Of a DNA stretch of 64,000 bases, positions 1 to 9,708 are shown piece by piece. Position 1 is the stretch's first letter, and the number at the start of each line of letters is the position of its first letter. The translations under genes and the position numbers were made by a program. Below the pieces are notes generated by a model. It saw nothing but the letters and a program-made list of their open reading frames with translations. It ran no database searches and had not been told where the DNA came from. Origin of the DNA: Prevotellaceae bacterium (GTDB lineage Bacteria; Bacteroidota; Bacteroidia; Bacteroidales; Paludibacteraceae); NCBI GenBank assembly GCA_031271005.1, contig JAISWT010000111.1, forward strand, positions 3,428-67,427. The letters are read 5' to 3'.

Positions 1-2
1 TT

Positions 3-806
3 ACTCATCAAATAGGCAGAGAATTAACCGTCAGATATGCCACTCAGCGCTGGGGCAGCGACTCTTGGCTTACCGTCGACACTGTGGTTACGGAAACAGT
101 GTACGAAAATTCGATAGAAGTACCTGCGCCACTGACAAATACAAATTTCGATGTACAAGTGTCCGACCGTTTTGCAAACGATTTTGGAATATCCGTATTT
201 TCGGGGCAAAGCGCTACATATCAGGCGTTTGCAGTGAGAAATAAACTTCTTACCAGCACCTTAACTCGCGATGCCGAAAACGAAGACCAGCGACCAGACA
301 ATCCTATCTTTTTGGAGGGTTCTGCGCCGCTTGATATTCACTTTATAGCCAATCCGTCTGCCGCCGTTACACACAATCAGTGGAATGTTTTTAAAGAAAA
401 TCAGTTCTTCTTTGTGCGCAATGAAGCCGATTTTAACTACTCTTTCAGTGAATATGGGCGATATAAAGTGGCGCTTGTGTCGAGCAATGAGCAATGTTCT
501 TACTCAGATTCGGTGGTTGTGGACATTAGCGAGTCCATACTGGAGGCGCCAAACGTTTTTACTCCCAACGGCGATGGCGTCAATGACGAATTTCGCGTTG
601 CGTATCGCTCATTGCGCAGTTTTCAGATGGCGGTTTACAATCGCTGGGGCAACAAAATTTACACATCAAACGACCCACAACACGGCTGGAACGGCAATAT
701 AGGGAATAGAGAAGCCGCAGCAGGACCGTATTTCTACTACATAAAAGCCGAAGGTACGGACGGCAAAAAGTACGTGAAAAAAGGCGATATAAATTTGATA
801 AGATAG
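3..806 (+). CDS. Secreted protein, 3' part only, ending in a T9SS type-B (gliding-motility-associated) C-terminal sorting domain
   Basis: The frame is open from nt 3 with no in-frame stop before the GTG at 84, so the gene starts upstream of the window. The last ~90 aa carry the type-B CTD pattern APNVFTPNGDGVNDEF..MAVYNRWGNKIY..HGWNG..GPYFYYIKA. TAG stop at 804-806. Confidence 0.85.
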   Translation, partial: THQIGRELTVRYATQRWGSDSWLTVDTVVTETVYENSIEVPAPLTNTNFDVQVSDRFANDFGISVFSGQSATYQAFAVRNKLLTSTLTRDAENEDQRPDNPIFLEGSAPLDIHFIANPSAAVTHNQWNVFKENQFFFVRNEADFNYSFSEYGRYKVALVSSNEQCSYSDSVVVDISESILEAPNVFTPNGDGVNDEFRVAYRSLRSFQMAVYNRWGNKIYTSNDPQHGWNGNIGNREAAAGPYFYYIKAEGTDGKKYVKKGDINLIR

Positions 807-857
807 ACAGTAGATAGCAATTAGCAATTAGCAGATAGCAGATAAGGGATAGCGGAC
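802..857. repeat. Tandem heptamer array (AGCAATT / AGCAGAT type, ~8 units)
   Basis: The read gatagac agtagat agcaatt agcaatt agcagat agcagat aagggat has period 7. It starts at the stop codon of the upstream gene. Confidence 0.8.
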
Positions 858-1012
858 TCTTGCGACTTTTGGGGTCGTTTGGGACAATGCCCCTACACAT
901 TGTTAATTGTAAATTGTTAATTATTCACTGCTAAAGTAGCAAAAAGATGAATTTAGTCTGATGATTTGTGTAATTTATGAAAAAAACAGATACTATTTTT
1001 TTGAAGTGTTAC

Positions 1013-1059
1013 AAAAAAAGTATGGCAAAATTTCCTCTATAAATTTTGCCATACTTTTT
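1013..1059. terminator. Bidirectional intrinsic-terminator-like hairpin
   Basis: Perfect 15-bp stem agtatggcaaaattt / aaattttgccatact with a 7-nt loop, an A-run on the 5' side and a T-run on the 3' side. Confidence 0.6.
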
Positions 1060-1092
1060 GACTTGCCGGCATGCAATTTAAATATTTTATAC

Positions 1093-1100
1093 TAATTTTG
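1093..1100 (+). promoter_or_regulatory. Candidate Bacteroidota -7 promoter box (TAATTTTG)
   Basis: Matches TAnnTTTG, 262 bp upstream of the korB ATG. This would imply a long leader. Confidence 0.35.
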
Positions 1101-1361
1101 CACCGCAGATAAATTTCTGCATGGTGTATTGCTTTGCGTTCGCTGTGGCGCTGTGAACAGGAGCGGTGCGAATATTATGCCTGCGTGTTTTTCAGCCGTT
1201 TTGTAGCATCAACCCGGCAAAAAAGCGGTGGTATTAAGAGACAATACCTAAACATCAATCCTAACGGATTGAAACTTTTACGGGTTATTAATTTATTATC
1301 ACTAAGCAGTAATTAAACAAAAGTAATCTTAAAATCTAATATAGAAATAAAGTTATTTATA

Positions 1362-2366
1362 ATGGCAAATGAAGTTATAAATCAGGGTTTTACGCCTAAG
1401 GATTATAAGAGTGATCAGTATGTTCGCTGGTGTCCCGGCTGTGGCGACCACGCGGTTGTGAGCGTTTTGCAAAAAGCGATGGCAGAGTTGGCTATTCCTC
1501 CCCACGAAACTGTTGTGGTTTCCGGTATTGGCTGTTCGAGCCGTTTGCCGTACTACATGAACACTTACGGTTTTCACAGCATCCACGGGCGCGGTGCGGC
1601 TATTGCTACGGGCGTTAAAGGAACTAACCCACGCCTCACTGTTTGGCACGCCACAGGCGATGGCGACTGTCTTGCAATTGGCGGCAATCATTTCATTCAC
1701 AGCCTCCGCCGCAACGTTGATATTAACGTATTGCTGTTCAACAATCAGATTTACGGACTGACCAAAGGACAGTATTCGCCCACTACGCGGCGCGGCGCAA
1801 TAACCAAATCTTCGCCCTTTGGCACAATAGAAGACCCTTTCCGCCCTGCCGAACTCACTTTCGGGGCGCGTGGGACGTTCTTTGCCCGCACACTTGATGT
1901 TGATTTGAAGAACTCGCAGGAATGTATGGTGGCTGCCGCACGACACAAAGGCACATCAGTTGTGGAGGTTCTGGTTAATTGCGTGATATTCAACAATAAA
2001 ACGCACGGTTGGATTAGCGAAAAGGAAAATCGCCTCGACAGAACAATTACGCTCAGGCACGGCAAGCCGATGCTGTTCGGCAAAGACAGCGAAAAAGGGA
2101 TAGCGCTTGATGGTTTTAACCTCAAAGTTGTGAGACTTGGCGAAAACGGGCTTAGCGAAAAAGATGTTCTTGTGCACGATGCACAATGCGAAGACGCCAC
2201 TTTGCACCTGAAACTCGCACTGATGGAAGGACCCCAAATGCCTGTTGCAATGGGAGTTATACGCGATGTAGTCCGTCCTACTTACGATGCTGAACTGGAA
2301 AGTCAGTCGAAAAAACTCCGCAATTTTGACGAGTTAATAGCAAGTGTCGAGCAGTGGGAAGTATGA
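1362..2366 (+). CDS. korB: 2-oxoglutarate/2-oxoacid:ferredoxin oxidoreductase, beta (TPP-binding) subunit
   Basis: 334 aa. Motifs RWCPGCGDH, GIGCSSR and GDGD..GGNH..NN.IYGLTKGQ are typical of KorB-type beta subunits. Confidence 0.9.
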   Translation: MANEVINQGFTPKDYKSDQYVRWCPGCGDHAVVSVLQKAMAELAIPPHETVVVSGIGCSSRLPYYMNTYGFHSIHGRGAAIATGVKGTNPRLTVWHATGDGDCLAIGGNHFIHSLRRNVDINVLLFNNQIYGLTKGQYSPTTRRGAITKSSPFGTIEDPFRPAELTFGARGTFFARTLDVDLKNSQECMVAAARHKGTSVVEVLVNCVIFNNKTHGWISEKENRLDRTITLRHGKPMLFGKDSEKGIALDGFNLKVVRLGENGLSEKDVLVHDAQCEDATLHLKLALMEGPQMPVAMGVIRDVVRPTYDAELESQSKKLRNFDELIASVEQWEV

Positions 2367-2377
2367 TTAAAAGCTTG

Positions 2378-2854
2378 TTATTCAATCTTTTCAACACGCA
2401 AGCCTATGTCGCTGATTCCGCGCAGAATGTCGCAACGCATACCCTGCACAATTTCGTAACGACAGGTATTACTGTCAAAAACAGCGCCTTGCTCAATTAG
2501 CAGGGGCATTTCGTAAGCAGCGCCTATTCCGTTGCCCAGCCATTTTCCCCGTCCGTCTGCGAGGTAACACTCGATTGTATCGGTTGCAAACACGGCAAAA
2601 GTATTGCCGCGTTTGGCAGTTGATTTTTTTATGAAAAACCAAAAATTTTGATACGGGTACTCGCTTGTATTTCTGATATTTACATAAACGTTATAAGTCA
2701 GCGAGGTATCGGCAATTACAAAATCGAACACGAGCGTACTGTCTTTGTCCCAGCCCGATGAGCGAATTTTTTTGTACTTAAAAAAGACATCGCTGTTTGT
2801 GCATCCTGCAATGCAAATCAGTATTATAATAGTGATTATGAAATATTTACGCAT
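2378..2854 (-). CDS. gldH: Gliding motility lipoprotein GldH
   Basis: 158 aa. Lipoprotein signal ..CIAGC, then FKYKKI..GWDKDS..YNVYVNIRNTSEYPYQNFWFFI and a C-terminal ISDIGLRVEKIE, which is the GldH family pattern. It lies next to a PSP1 gene, as in many Bacteroidota. Confidence 0.8.
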   Translation of the reverse strand: MRKYFIITIIILICIAGCTNSDVFFKYKKIRSSGWDKDSTLVFDFVIADTSLTYNVYVNIRNTSEYPYQNFWFFIKKSTAKRGNTFAVFATDTIECYLADGRGKWLGNGIGAAYEMPLLIEQGAVFDSNTCRYEIVQGMRCDILRGISDIGLRVEKIE

Positions 2855-2921
2855 TTATATTATTTTTGTTTCGCGGGTTTAAATTAGTGTTTTTGTTTTC
2901 TGTATTTCGGATGGCAGCGAT

Positions 2922-4133
2922 TTATCTGCCTGTTTCATGTGTTGTTTGGTCTCTTGGCTCTTTTTTTTCAACAACTTGATTTACAGATTTTTCAGTATTA
3001 TTTTCGCCTTGAATTTCGGCTTTCCTTACAATTTTCGGTTTGTTGTTTCGCTTTCTGTTTTTGTCGAAACGGGTAACGCTGTCCTGCCCTACAACATTTT
3101 CATAATCAGAAAGTAGCTCTTCGGTTTTGCTACATTCACCGGGCAGCGTATCCGGTTTTTTTCCGTTTTTGTTCATAGCAATAATTTCTTTTACACGTTC
3201 AACGGAAATTGTAACGAGTTTTTCTGCGTTGCTTCTGTCGGCAGAATATGTCATCAGTCGTTTGAAAACGTCCGTTTTGAAATGAAAAAACGTGCAGTCT
3301 GCGGTTTCGAGCGGAATTTCGCTCGAAGGAATATCTTTTAATGCTTCGAGGTAAGTGTCGAGTTCGTAGTTCATACAGCATTTCAGTTTCCCGCATTGTC
3401 CTGCGAGTTTTTGCGGGTTCAGTGATATATCCTGACAGCGCGCGGCGCTTGTTGAGACGGAATTGAAGCAGGTCATCCAACTTGCGCAGCACAATTGTCG
3501 CCCACACGGACCGATGCCGCCAATGCGCCCAGCCTCTTGCCGCGCTCCTATCTGCTTCATTTCTATGCGCACGTGAAAAGTTTCGGCAAAAATTTTAATC
3601 AACTGACGAAAATCGACCCGCTCATCGGCAATGTAGTAGAATATTGCCTTATTGCCGTCGCCCTGAAACTCTACATCTCCGATTTTCATATCCAGTTTAA
3701 GGTCTTCGGCAATTTTACGCGCCTGAATCATGGCTGGCAGTTCTCTGGCTTTAGCCTCGTTAAACTTCTCAATATCAGTGTCTTTGGCTTTGCGATACAC
3801 GCGCCGCACTTCCATTTTTTGCGGGTTAAAATTGTTTTTGCGCATTTGCAGCAACACGAGCCGTCCTGTCAATGCTACTTCGCCAATATCATGCCCGGTA
3901 GAAGACTCCACAGCAATGATATCGCCTTTTTCGAGCGGGATTTTAGCGCTGTTAATAAAATATCCTTTTCGTGTATTTTTAAATTGTACCTCTACATAAT
4001 CCGTATCTGTCTTTGTGTCGGGCAAATCGCACAGCCAATCGAAAGAGCCTAATTTTTTGCCGGCGTTTTTTCGGCACCCGCAAACTTTCATGCAGCAAGC
4101 TTGTGCTACAACAGGAAATATATCATTTTTCAT
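2922..4133 (-). CDS. PSP1 domain protein (RicT/YaaT-like)
   Basis: 403 aa. Cys-rich N-terminus, PSP1 core (VEFQGDGNKAIFYY..RVDFRQLIK..F..RIEMKQIGARQ) and cysteine cluster GPCGRQLCC..GKLKCC. Confidence 0.85.
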   Translation of the reverse strand: MKNDIFPVVAQACCMKVCGCRKNAGKKLGSFDWLCDLPDTKTDTDYVEVQFKNTRKGYFINSAKIPLEKGDIIAVESSTGHDIGEVALTGRLVLLQMRKNNFNPQKMEVRRVYRKAKDTDIEKFNEAKARELPAMIQARKIAEDLKLDMKIGDVEFQGDGNKAIFYYIADERVDFRQLIKIFAETFHVRIEMKQIGARQEAGRIGGIGPCGRQLCCASWMTCFNSVSTSAARCQDISLNPQKLAGQCGKLKCCMNYELDTYLEALKDIPSSEIPLETADCTFFHFKTDVFKRLMTYSADRSNAEKLVTISVERVKEIIAMNKNGKKPDTLPGECSKTEELLSDYENVVGQDSVTRFDKNRKRNNKPKIVRKAEIQGENNTEKSVNQVVEKKEPRDQTTHETGR

Positions 4134-4166
4134 TTGTAATATTCATTTTTATTGTATTTGAGATTG

Positions 4167-4174
4167 CAAAAGTA
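4167..4174 (-). promoter_or_regulatory. Candidate -7 promoter box (TACTTTTG on minus strand)
   Basis: TAnnTTTG match 34 bp upstream of the PSP1 gene start. Confidence 0.5.
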
Positions 4175-4213
4175 AGGAAAATTTTTCAAGTTTTAAAGAA
4201 AGTTGTCAGTATT

Positions 4214-4298
4214 GAGTTTTCAGTTTTCAGTTTTCAGAAATTACTAATTGCTAATTCTCAATTCTTAATTCTTAATTCTTAATTCTTAATTCTTAATT
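4214..4298. repeat. Tandem heptamer arrays (TTTTCAG x3; TTGCTAA; TTCTTAA x6)
   Basis: Read directly from the sequence. The last four sense codons and the stop of ampG lie inside the TTCTTAA array. Confidence 0.85.
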
Positions 4299-5560
4299 TT
4301 TTTTCCAAAATCCTTTTCTATTTTTAGAAACGGAATAATAGCCCATGTAGTTAGTGAACAGAGCATTATAAAAACAAAGAAATGTTCGTAGCCCATTTTT
4401 TCCTGCAACCATCCCGCTACCATTCCGGGCAGGGACATACTCATTGCCATAAATGCTGTGGCGATAGCATAATGCGCGGTTTTGTGTGCGCCGTCAGAAA
4501 AATAAATCAAATAAAGCATGTAAGCGGTGAACCCAAAACCGTATCCAAACTGCTCTAATGCAACGGCAACATTTATCAAGATAAAATCGGTAGGCTGATA
4601 ATAAGCCAGATATACATATACTATATGTGGCAGCGTTATGCACAAAGCCATCGGCAACAGCCAGTATTTCAGCCCTTTTTGCGAAACGGCAATTCCGCCG
4701 ACAATTCCGCCAAGTGTGAGTGCAATCACGCCCACAGTGCCATAAACGAAACCTACTTTTTCGGTAGATAGTTCCAGCCCGCCGATGTTGCGGGGGTCGA
4801 GCATGAAAAGAGATGAGATTTTTACGAGTAGCGCTTCGCTAAAACGATACAGCAGCATAAACGCGATGGCAACGCCGACCTGTTTTTTGCTGAAAAATGA
4901 AACGAAAGTTTGCTTAAATTCCGAAAATATATTTTTCGCAGACTTGTCAATGCTTGGGCGGTCGGCTACAGGCACAGGCAAGGCAAAGCGGTGATAGGCA
5001 AATATTAACAAAATAATTCCCGCCAGAATGAAAAACGTAATTGACCACGCATATCGAATATTTCCTGTGGATTTTTCCAAAAAACCCGCTAACATTATCA
5101 GCAATCCCTGCCCAAAAATATTTGCAAATCGGTAAAAAGTATTACGAATTCCCACGTAAAACGACTGCTGCGAGTCGTTCAGTTCGAGCATGTAAAATCC
5201 GTCTGCGGCGATGTCGTGCGTGGCGCTGCACAATGCCAGCAGGATAAACATCGCCAGCGTAGCCTGCAAAAAGAAGGGCGCAGGAATTAGCAGCGCGATT
5301 CCGCCCAAGCCTGCGCCAAGAAGCAGTTGCGCGGTCAAAATCCACCAGCGTTTTGTTTTGAGCAAATCTACAAATGGCGACCACAGTCCTTTAAAAACCC
5401 ACACAAAACCAATTAAGCCCGAAAATAACGCCACCTGCGTGTTCGTTAGCCCGCAACGCTTATACATAATTACCGAAACGGTCATCACGGCAACGTATGG
5501 AATACCTTCGGCAAAGTAAAGTGTGGGTATCCACAACCATGGGGAACGGGGTTTATTCAT
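4286..5560 (-). CDS. ampG: AmpG-family MFS muropeptide permease
   Basis: 424 aa polytopic membrane protein. The N-terminus RSPWLWIPTLYFAEGIPYVAVMTVSVIMYKR is characteristic of Bacteroidota AmpG-like MFS transporters. Confidence 0.8.
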   Translation of the reverse strand: MNKPRSPWLWIPTLYFAEGIPYVAVMTVSVIMYKRCGLTNTQVALFSGLIGFVWVFKGLWSPFVDLLKTKRWWILTAQLLLGAGLGGIALLIPAPFFLQATLAMFILLALCSATHDIAADGFYMLELNDSQQSFYVGIRNTFYRFANIFGQGLLIMLAGFLEKSTGNIRYAWSITFFILAGIILLIFAYHRFALPVPVADRPSIDKSAKNIFSEFKQTFVSFFSKKQVGVAIAFMLLYRFSEALLVKISSLFMLDPRNIGGLELSTEKVGFVYGTVGVIALTLGGIVGGIAVSQKGLKYWLLPMALCITLPHIVYVYLAYYQPTDFILINVAVALEQFGYGFGFTAYMLYLIYFSDGAHKTAHYAIATAFMAMSMSLPGMVAGWLQEKMGYEHFFVFIMLCSLTTWAIIPFLKIEKDFGKKIKN

Positions 5561-5583
5561 TTTTAATTGAAAATTATTTTAAA

Positions 5584-5728
5584 TAGTTATTAGTTATTAG
5601 AGTTTAGAGTTTAGAGTTTAGAGTTTAGAGTTTAGAGTTTAGTTATTAGTAGATAAATATCAATTTATAATTTATAATTCGTAATTGCTACTTGCTATCT
5701 GCTACTTGCTATCTGCTACTTGCTAATT
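5584..5728. repeat. Tandem heptamer arrays (TAGTTAT, TAGAGTT x6, then GCTACTT/GCTATCT x6)
   Basis: Read directly. The two halves use unit types that occur in opposite orientation in the full composite cassettes. Confidence 0.85.
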
Positions 5729-5819
5729 AATTTCAAAGTGAAGTCCAACGACAAATAAGCAATTTTCAGGAGTTCCCTGATTAACTTAACACTGATTACC
5801 CTTAATACCTGTATTTTGT

Positions 5820-5846
5820 CTATGCTCTATGCTCTATGCTCTATCT
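5820..5846. repeat. Tandem heptamer array (TATGCTC x3.5)
   Basis: tatgctctatgctctatgctctatc, just downstream of the murF-alr stop. Confidence 0.75.
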
Positions 5847-5864
5847 TCTTGTGTCTTAATTTTT

Positions 5865-8387
5865 TTATTCTTGATAATAAATTCTTTTCACTCTTCGCGA
5901 GATGCCGGTAAGAATTTCGTAAGGAATGGTGTTTATTTTTTGCGCAACTTCTGCAACGGTGATGTTCTCGCCAAAAATTTCTACCTTATCTCCCTCGTTT
6001 ACATCAATTTGGGTAACATCAACCATCATTACGTCCATACATATATTTCCAACTGTTTTGGCGCGTTTTCCGTTGATAAGCACTTCTCCGATTCCGTTTC
6101 CCAGCCGGCGGTCGTAGCCGTCAGCATATCCTACGGGCAGTACAGCGATGCGCGAATCTTTGCTAATCAGTCCGTTGCGGCTGTAGCCCACCGTTTGCCC
6201 CGCCTCTACATTGCGAATTTGCAATACTATTGTTTTCAAAGCACATACATTGCTTATTTTCAGGTTGTTAAGTGCGCTGATACCATAAAATCCTATTCCC
6301 AAACGCACCATATCAAACTGATATTCGGGGAAACGCTCAATGCCCGCCGAATTGAGAACGTGCAGCAAAACAGGGTGCGCAAAAGCCGCCTGAATTTGTT
6401 TGGCGCAATCAGTGAAAGCGCTGATTTGCAAGCGTGTAAACTTATCGAACTGTTCATTGTCAGCGCCTGCCAGGTGAGAAAAAACCGAGCGTACTTTCAC
6501 CTGCGACTGATTTTGCAGTTTCTCTATTAACAGAGGCACATCTTTGGGGTCAAAACCAAGTCGGTGCATACCGCTGTCTATTTTAATATGAACGGGATAG
6601 TCGGTAATAGCGAGTTTCTCGGCGGCAGCAATAAAACTGTCGAGCAGGCGGAAACTGTAAATCTCCGGCTCAAGCATATTGTCTAAAACAGTTGAAAATG
6701 AGCGCTTTTCGGGGTTCATCACCATAATTGGCAAAGAAATTCCTGCTCGGCGCAATTCGGCGCCTTCGTCGGCTAACGCAACAGCCAGATAGTCGGCGCG
6801 ATGGTGCTGCAAAGTCCGCACAACTTCCACAGAGCCAGCCCCATACGCAAAGGCTTTGACCATGCATACAACTTTGGTTTCGGGGCGCAATTGCGAACGG
6901 AAATAATTGAAATTATCAATCAGCGCATTCAGATTGACCTCTAAAACTGTTTCGTGTGCCGCAGATTCGAGTGTGGCAGAAATGGTTTCAAAATGAAATA
7001 TCCGCGCACCTTTCAGAAGCACTATTGAATTTTCAAACTCGTTGATTACAGGCGAGTTAAGAAAATCGGTTACATTTTCAAAGAAATAACTGTCTATTTC
7101 CGCAAAATTGTTCTTATGTTTGCCAATTTCTGTTCCAATTCCTATAAAATGATGTATGTTCTTTATTTTCAACATTTTAGCAACTTCTTCGTACAGTTCA
7201 TTATTCGCTTGTCCGCTTTGCAAAATGTCTGACAGGACAGCCACCCGCGCCAGATTTGTGAGCGTTGCCTGATGGTTGAGAAAATCGAGCGCAATTTCCA
7301 GCGAATTAAAGTCGGAATTATAGGAATCATTGATAATCAAGCAGTTATTAATGCCCTGCTTTACTTCCAAGCGCATTGCTACCGGCTCAAGTTCGGCGAG
7401 CCGCGCGGCAACCGTTGCAAAATCGTAACCCAAAACAAGCATTGCGCTAAGGCATTGAAGCGCATTTTCCACCGAAGCGTTGTCGCTGAAAGGGATTTTT
7501 ATTTCTGCGGTCAAATCTTCGGAACGCAACTGTTGGCGTTCCTGCGGCACAAAGTTATATCGCTTGCAGGCTGGCTGACGGTGGTATTTTAATCTGACTT
7601 TTGAAGAATTATTTTGGCTTACAACCGAAATTATTTGCAAATTATCAGTCGGTTTTTTACCAAAAGTAAATATTTCGGCGCTAAAAGTATATTTTTTTAT
7701 ACAATCAGTAATTATTTGATAATCGGAACAGTAGATTAAGATTTCGGAATCTGTGAAGAGTTTCAATTTTTCTTCGCATTTTTGCTCCAAACTGTCAAAA
7801 CCTTCCTGATGTGCAATTCTGAGATTTGTAAATATGCCTATTGTTGGACGTATAATCGGCTGTAAATGAGCCATTTCGTTGGGTTGCGAAATTCCCGCCT
7901 CAAAGATTCCGAGTTGCGCGTTTTGCGTCAAGTTCCAAACTGACAGCGGAACGCCGATTTGCGAATTGTAACTGCGTGGCGAGCGCGTAATGCGTAAGTC
8001 GTTGTGCAGCAACTGATAAAGCCATTCTTTTACAATGGTTTTGCCGTTGCTGCCCGTAATGCCAACAACAGGAACATTGTACTTATTTCTGTGATATTCA
8101 GTAAGTTGCTGCAAAGCAAGTAAAGTGTTTTCAACCAACAAAAATTCTGCATTTGCAAACTGTTTGAATTCATCGCGCAATTCACTGACAACAAAACACC
8201 TGACCCCATATTCGTACAAATCGGCAATATAACGATGCCCGTCGTTGCGACCGGTTTTCAGCGCAAAAAACAGAGTTTCCGAAGGGAACGACAAATTTCT
8301 GCTGTCGGTCAATAATCTGCTGATATTGTGGTTATTACCAACAGTATTTTTATTCTTTATAATATTTGATATTTCAAAAAGATTCAT
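5865..8387 (-). CDS. murF: Bifunctional UDP-N-acetylmuramoyl-tripeptide--D-alanyl-D-alanine ligase (MurF) / alanine racemase
   Basis: 840 aa. The N-terminal Mur ligase part has the P-loop GITGSNGKT. The C-terminal ~370 aa are alanine racemase (PLP lysine motif VKAFAYGAG, ..YGISA..VGYADGY..). This fusion is common in Bacteroidota. Confidence 0.9.
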   Translation of the reverse strand: MNLFEISNIIKNKNTVGNNHNISRLLTDSRNLSFPSETLFFALKTGRNDGHRYIADLYEYGVRCFVVSELRDEFKQFANAEFLLVENTLLALQQLTEYHRNKYNVPVVGITGSNGKTIVKEWLYQLLHNDLRITRSPRSYNSQIGVPLSVWNLTQNAQLGIFEAGISQPNEMAHLQPIIRPTIGIFTNLRIAHQEGFDSLEQKCEEKLKLFTDSEILIYCSDYQIITDCIKKYTFSAEIFTFGKKPTDNLQIISVVSQNNSSKVRLKYHRQPACKRYNFVPQERQQLRSEDLTAEIKIPFSDNASVENALQCLSAMLVLGYDFATVAARLAELEPVAMRLEVKQGINNCLIINDSYNSDFNSLEIALDFLNHQATLTNLARVAVLSDILQSGQANNELYEEVAKMLKIKNIHHFIGIGTEIGKHKNNFAEIDSYFFENVTDFLNSPVINEFENSIVLLKGARIFHFETISATLESAAHETVLEVNLNALIDNFNYFRSQLRPETKVVCMVKAFAYGAGSVEVVRTLQHHRADYLAVALADEGAELRRAGISLPIMVMNPEKRSFSTVLDNMLEPEIYSFRLLDSFIAAAEKLAITDYPVHIKIDSGMHRLGFDPKDVPLLIEKLQNQSQVKVRSVFSHLAGADNEQFDKFTRLQISAFTDCAKQIQAAFAHPVLLHVLNSAGIERFPEYQFDMVRLGIGFYGISALNNLKISNVCALKTIVLQIRNVEAGQTVGYSRNGLISKDSRIAVLPVGYADGYDRRLGNGIGEVLINGKRAKTVGNICMDVMMVDVTQIDVNEGDKVEIFGENITVAEVAQKINTIPYEILTGISRRVKRIYYQE

Positions 8388-8426
8388 TTTTTATTTATAA
8401 TTTTTCTAACCAAAAAAATATGCAAT

Positions 8427-9173
8427 CTACACAGAATTTGCATTGCGCCCAAAACTGCGGTAAGCGTCTTTTTCTATTTCAACATTCGGCTCAATTAATT
8501 CATCTTTTGGAGTCAATGCAAAAGCAATGTATTTAATTGATATTCCTCTGCTTAACCATTGCTGCTCGTAAAATGTTTTGATTTCGAGCGCAGGGTTTGG
8601 CAAAGGCGCGGCATATAAATTGTCTGTCTGCGCAATTATTTGATAATCATTGATTTTAATCATTTCTTTGGTGTATGTAAAAAGAAAATCGCTGTCGGTT
8701 TTCAAATGTATAATTCCGTCTGTTTGAACAAATTGCCGGTAGCGCCGCATAAAATTTACGGACGTAAGCCGTTTGTTTACTTTTTTCATTTGCGGGTCGG
8801 GGAACGTGAGCCATATTTCGCTGATTTCCGAGGGCGCAAAAAAACGGTTAATCATCTCAATATCAGTGCGAATGAATGCCACGTTTTTCATCCCTGCCTC
8901 AAAACTTCGCTTTGCGCCTGTCCATATCCGAGCGCCTTTTATGTCAACGCCAATAAAATTGCGGTCGGGGCAGCGGTGCGCAAGTTCAACTGTGTATTCG
9001 CCTTTGCCGCAGCCGAGTTCCAACACAATCGGATTGTTGTTTTTGAAAACGTTGAGGCTCCAGTTTCCCTGAAAATCAAGCGTTTCGCCTCCCAGAACTT
9101 TAGCGGAAGGAAACTGAAATACGTGCGGAAAAGTTGAGAGTTCGGCAAATTTTGCGAGTTTGTTTTTACTCAT
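8427..9173 (-). CDS. trmB: tRNA (guanine46-N7)-methyltransferase
   Basis: 248 aa. NKLAKFAE.. N-terminus, SAM motif [10 protein letters not shown], and FPDPQ..KRL. Confidence 0.88.
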   Translation of the reverse strand: MSKNKLAKFAELSTFPHVFQFPSAKVLGGETLDFQGNWSLNVFKNNNPIVLELGCGKGEYTVELAHRCPDRNFIGVDIKGARIWTGAKRSFEAGMKNVAFIRTDIEMINRFFAPSEISEIWLTFPDPQMKKVNKRLTSVNFMRRYRQFVQTDGIIHLKTDSDFLFTYTKEMIKINDYQIIAQTDNLYAAPLPNPALEIKTFYEQQWLSRGISIKYIAFALTPKDELIEPNVEIEKDAYRSFGRNANSV

Positions 9174-9297
9174 TTTTTATTTCGCGTGAAATTTTAAACT
9201 GTTCGCTTCGCTCTAATACAACCATAACTATTTCAATAAAAAAATAATGCCCGATATAGTATTTGTGCGAAGATTTTCTCCATTAATAAATTTTATG

Positions 9298-9305
9298 CAA
9301 AATTA
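9298..9305 (-). promoter_or_regulatory. Candidate -7 promoter box (TAATTTTG on minus strand)
   Basis: TAnnTTTG match 125 bp upstream of the trmB start. Confidence 0.4.
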
Positions 9306-9469
9306 GTATTAAATTTTTATATTACACACAGAGAAACAAAAAGAATAAGACTTGTCCCGTCAAAGCGAGAGACACAAGGTTAAAGCACGAAAGCATTAAG
9401 CGCTAACAATAATGTACAGACTCAATGCATTGTGTTTCAATAGATTAAAAAGAATAAACATAAACCGCA

Positions 9470-9519
9470 CGCCCTCACTCCCACTCTCCCTTTGGGGAGG
9501 AGCAAGGGCCGGGGTGAAC
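9470..9519. repeat. REP-like GC-rich palindromic element
   Basis: cgccctcactcccactctccctttggggaggagcaagggccggggtgaac is homologous to the elements at 12281-12321 and 12489-12529, with an internal stem ctcc(c)..tttgg..ggagg. Confidence 0.7.
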
Positions 9520-9560
9520 CGAAAACTTCTTGCGCGTTTGGCAAACTCACGTTTTTTATA

Positions 9561-9568
9561 TATTTTTG
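9561..9568 (+). promoter_or_regulatory. Candidate -7 promoter box (TATTTTTG)
   Basis: TAnnTTTG match 141 bp upstream of the yidC ATG. Confidence 0.4.
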
Positions 9569-9708
9569 CGCTTTGTTTTAAAATTTGGCAGTGTAGCAGG
9601 TTTTGGGCATTAAGAAAAGCGCAGCCTCGCAGCCCCAAAAAACAATTTCTATAAATATTAACAGTAATAAAAAAATTAACAAACAGGAAATAAAGATAAA
9701 ATATATTA

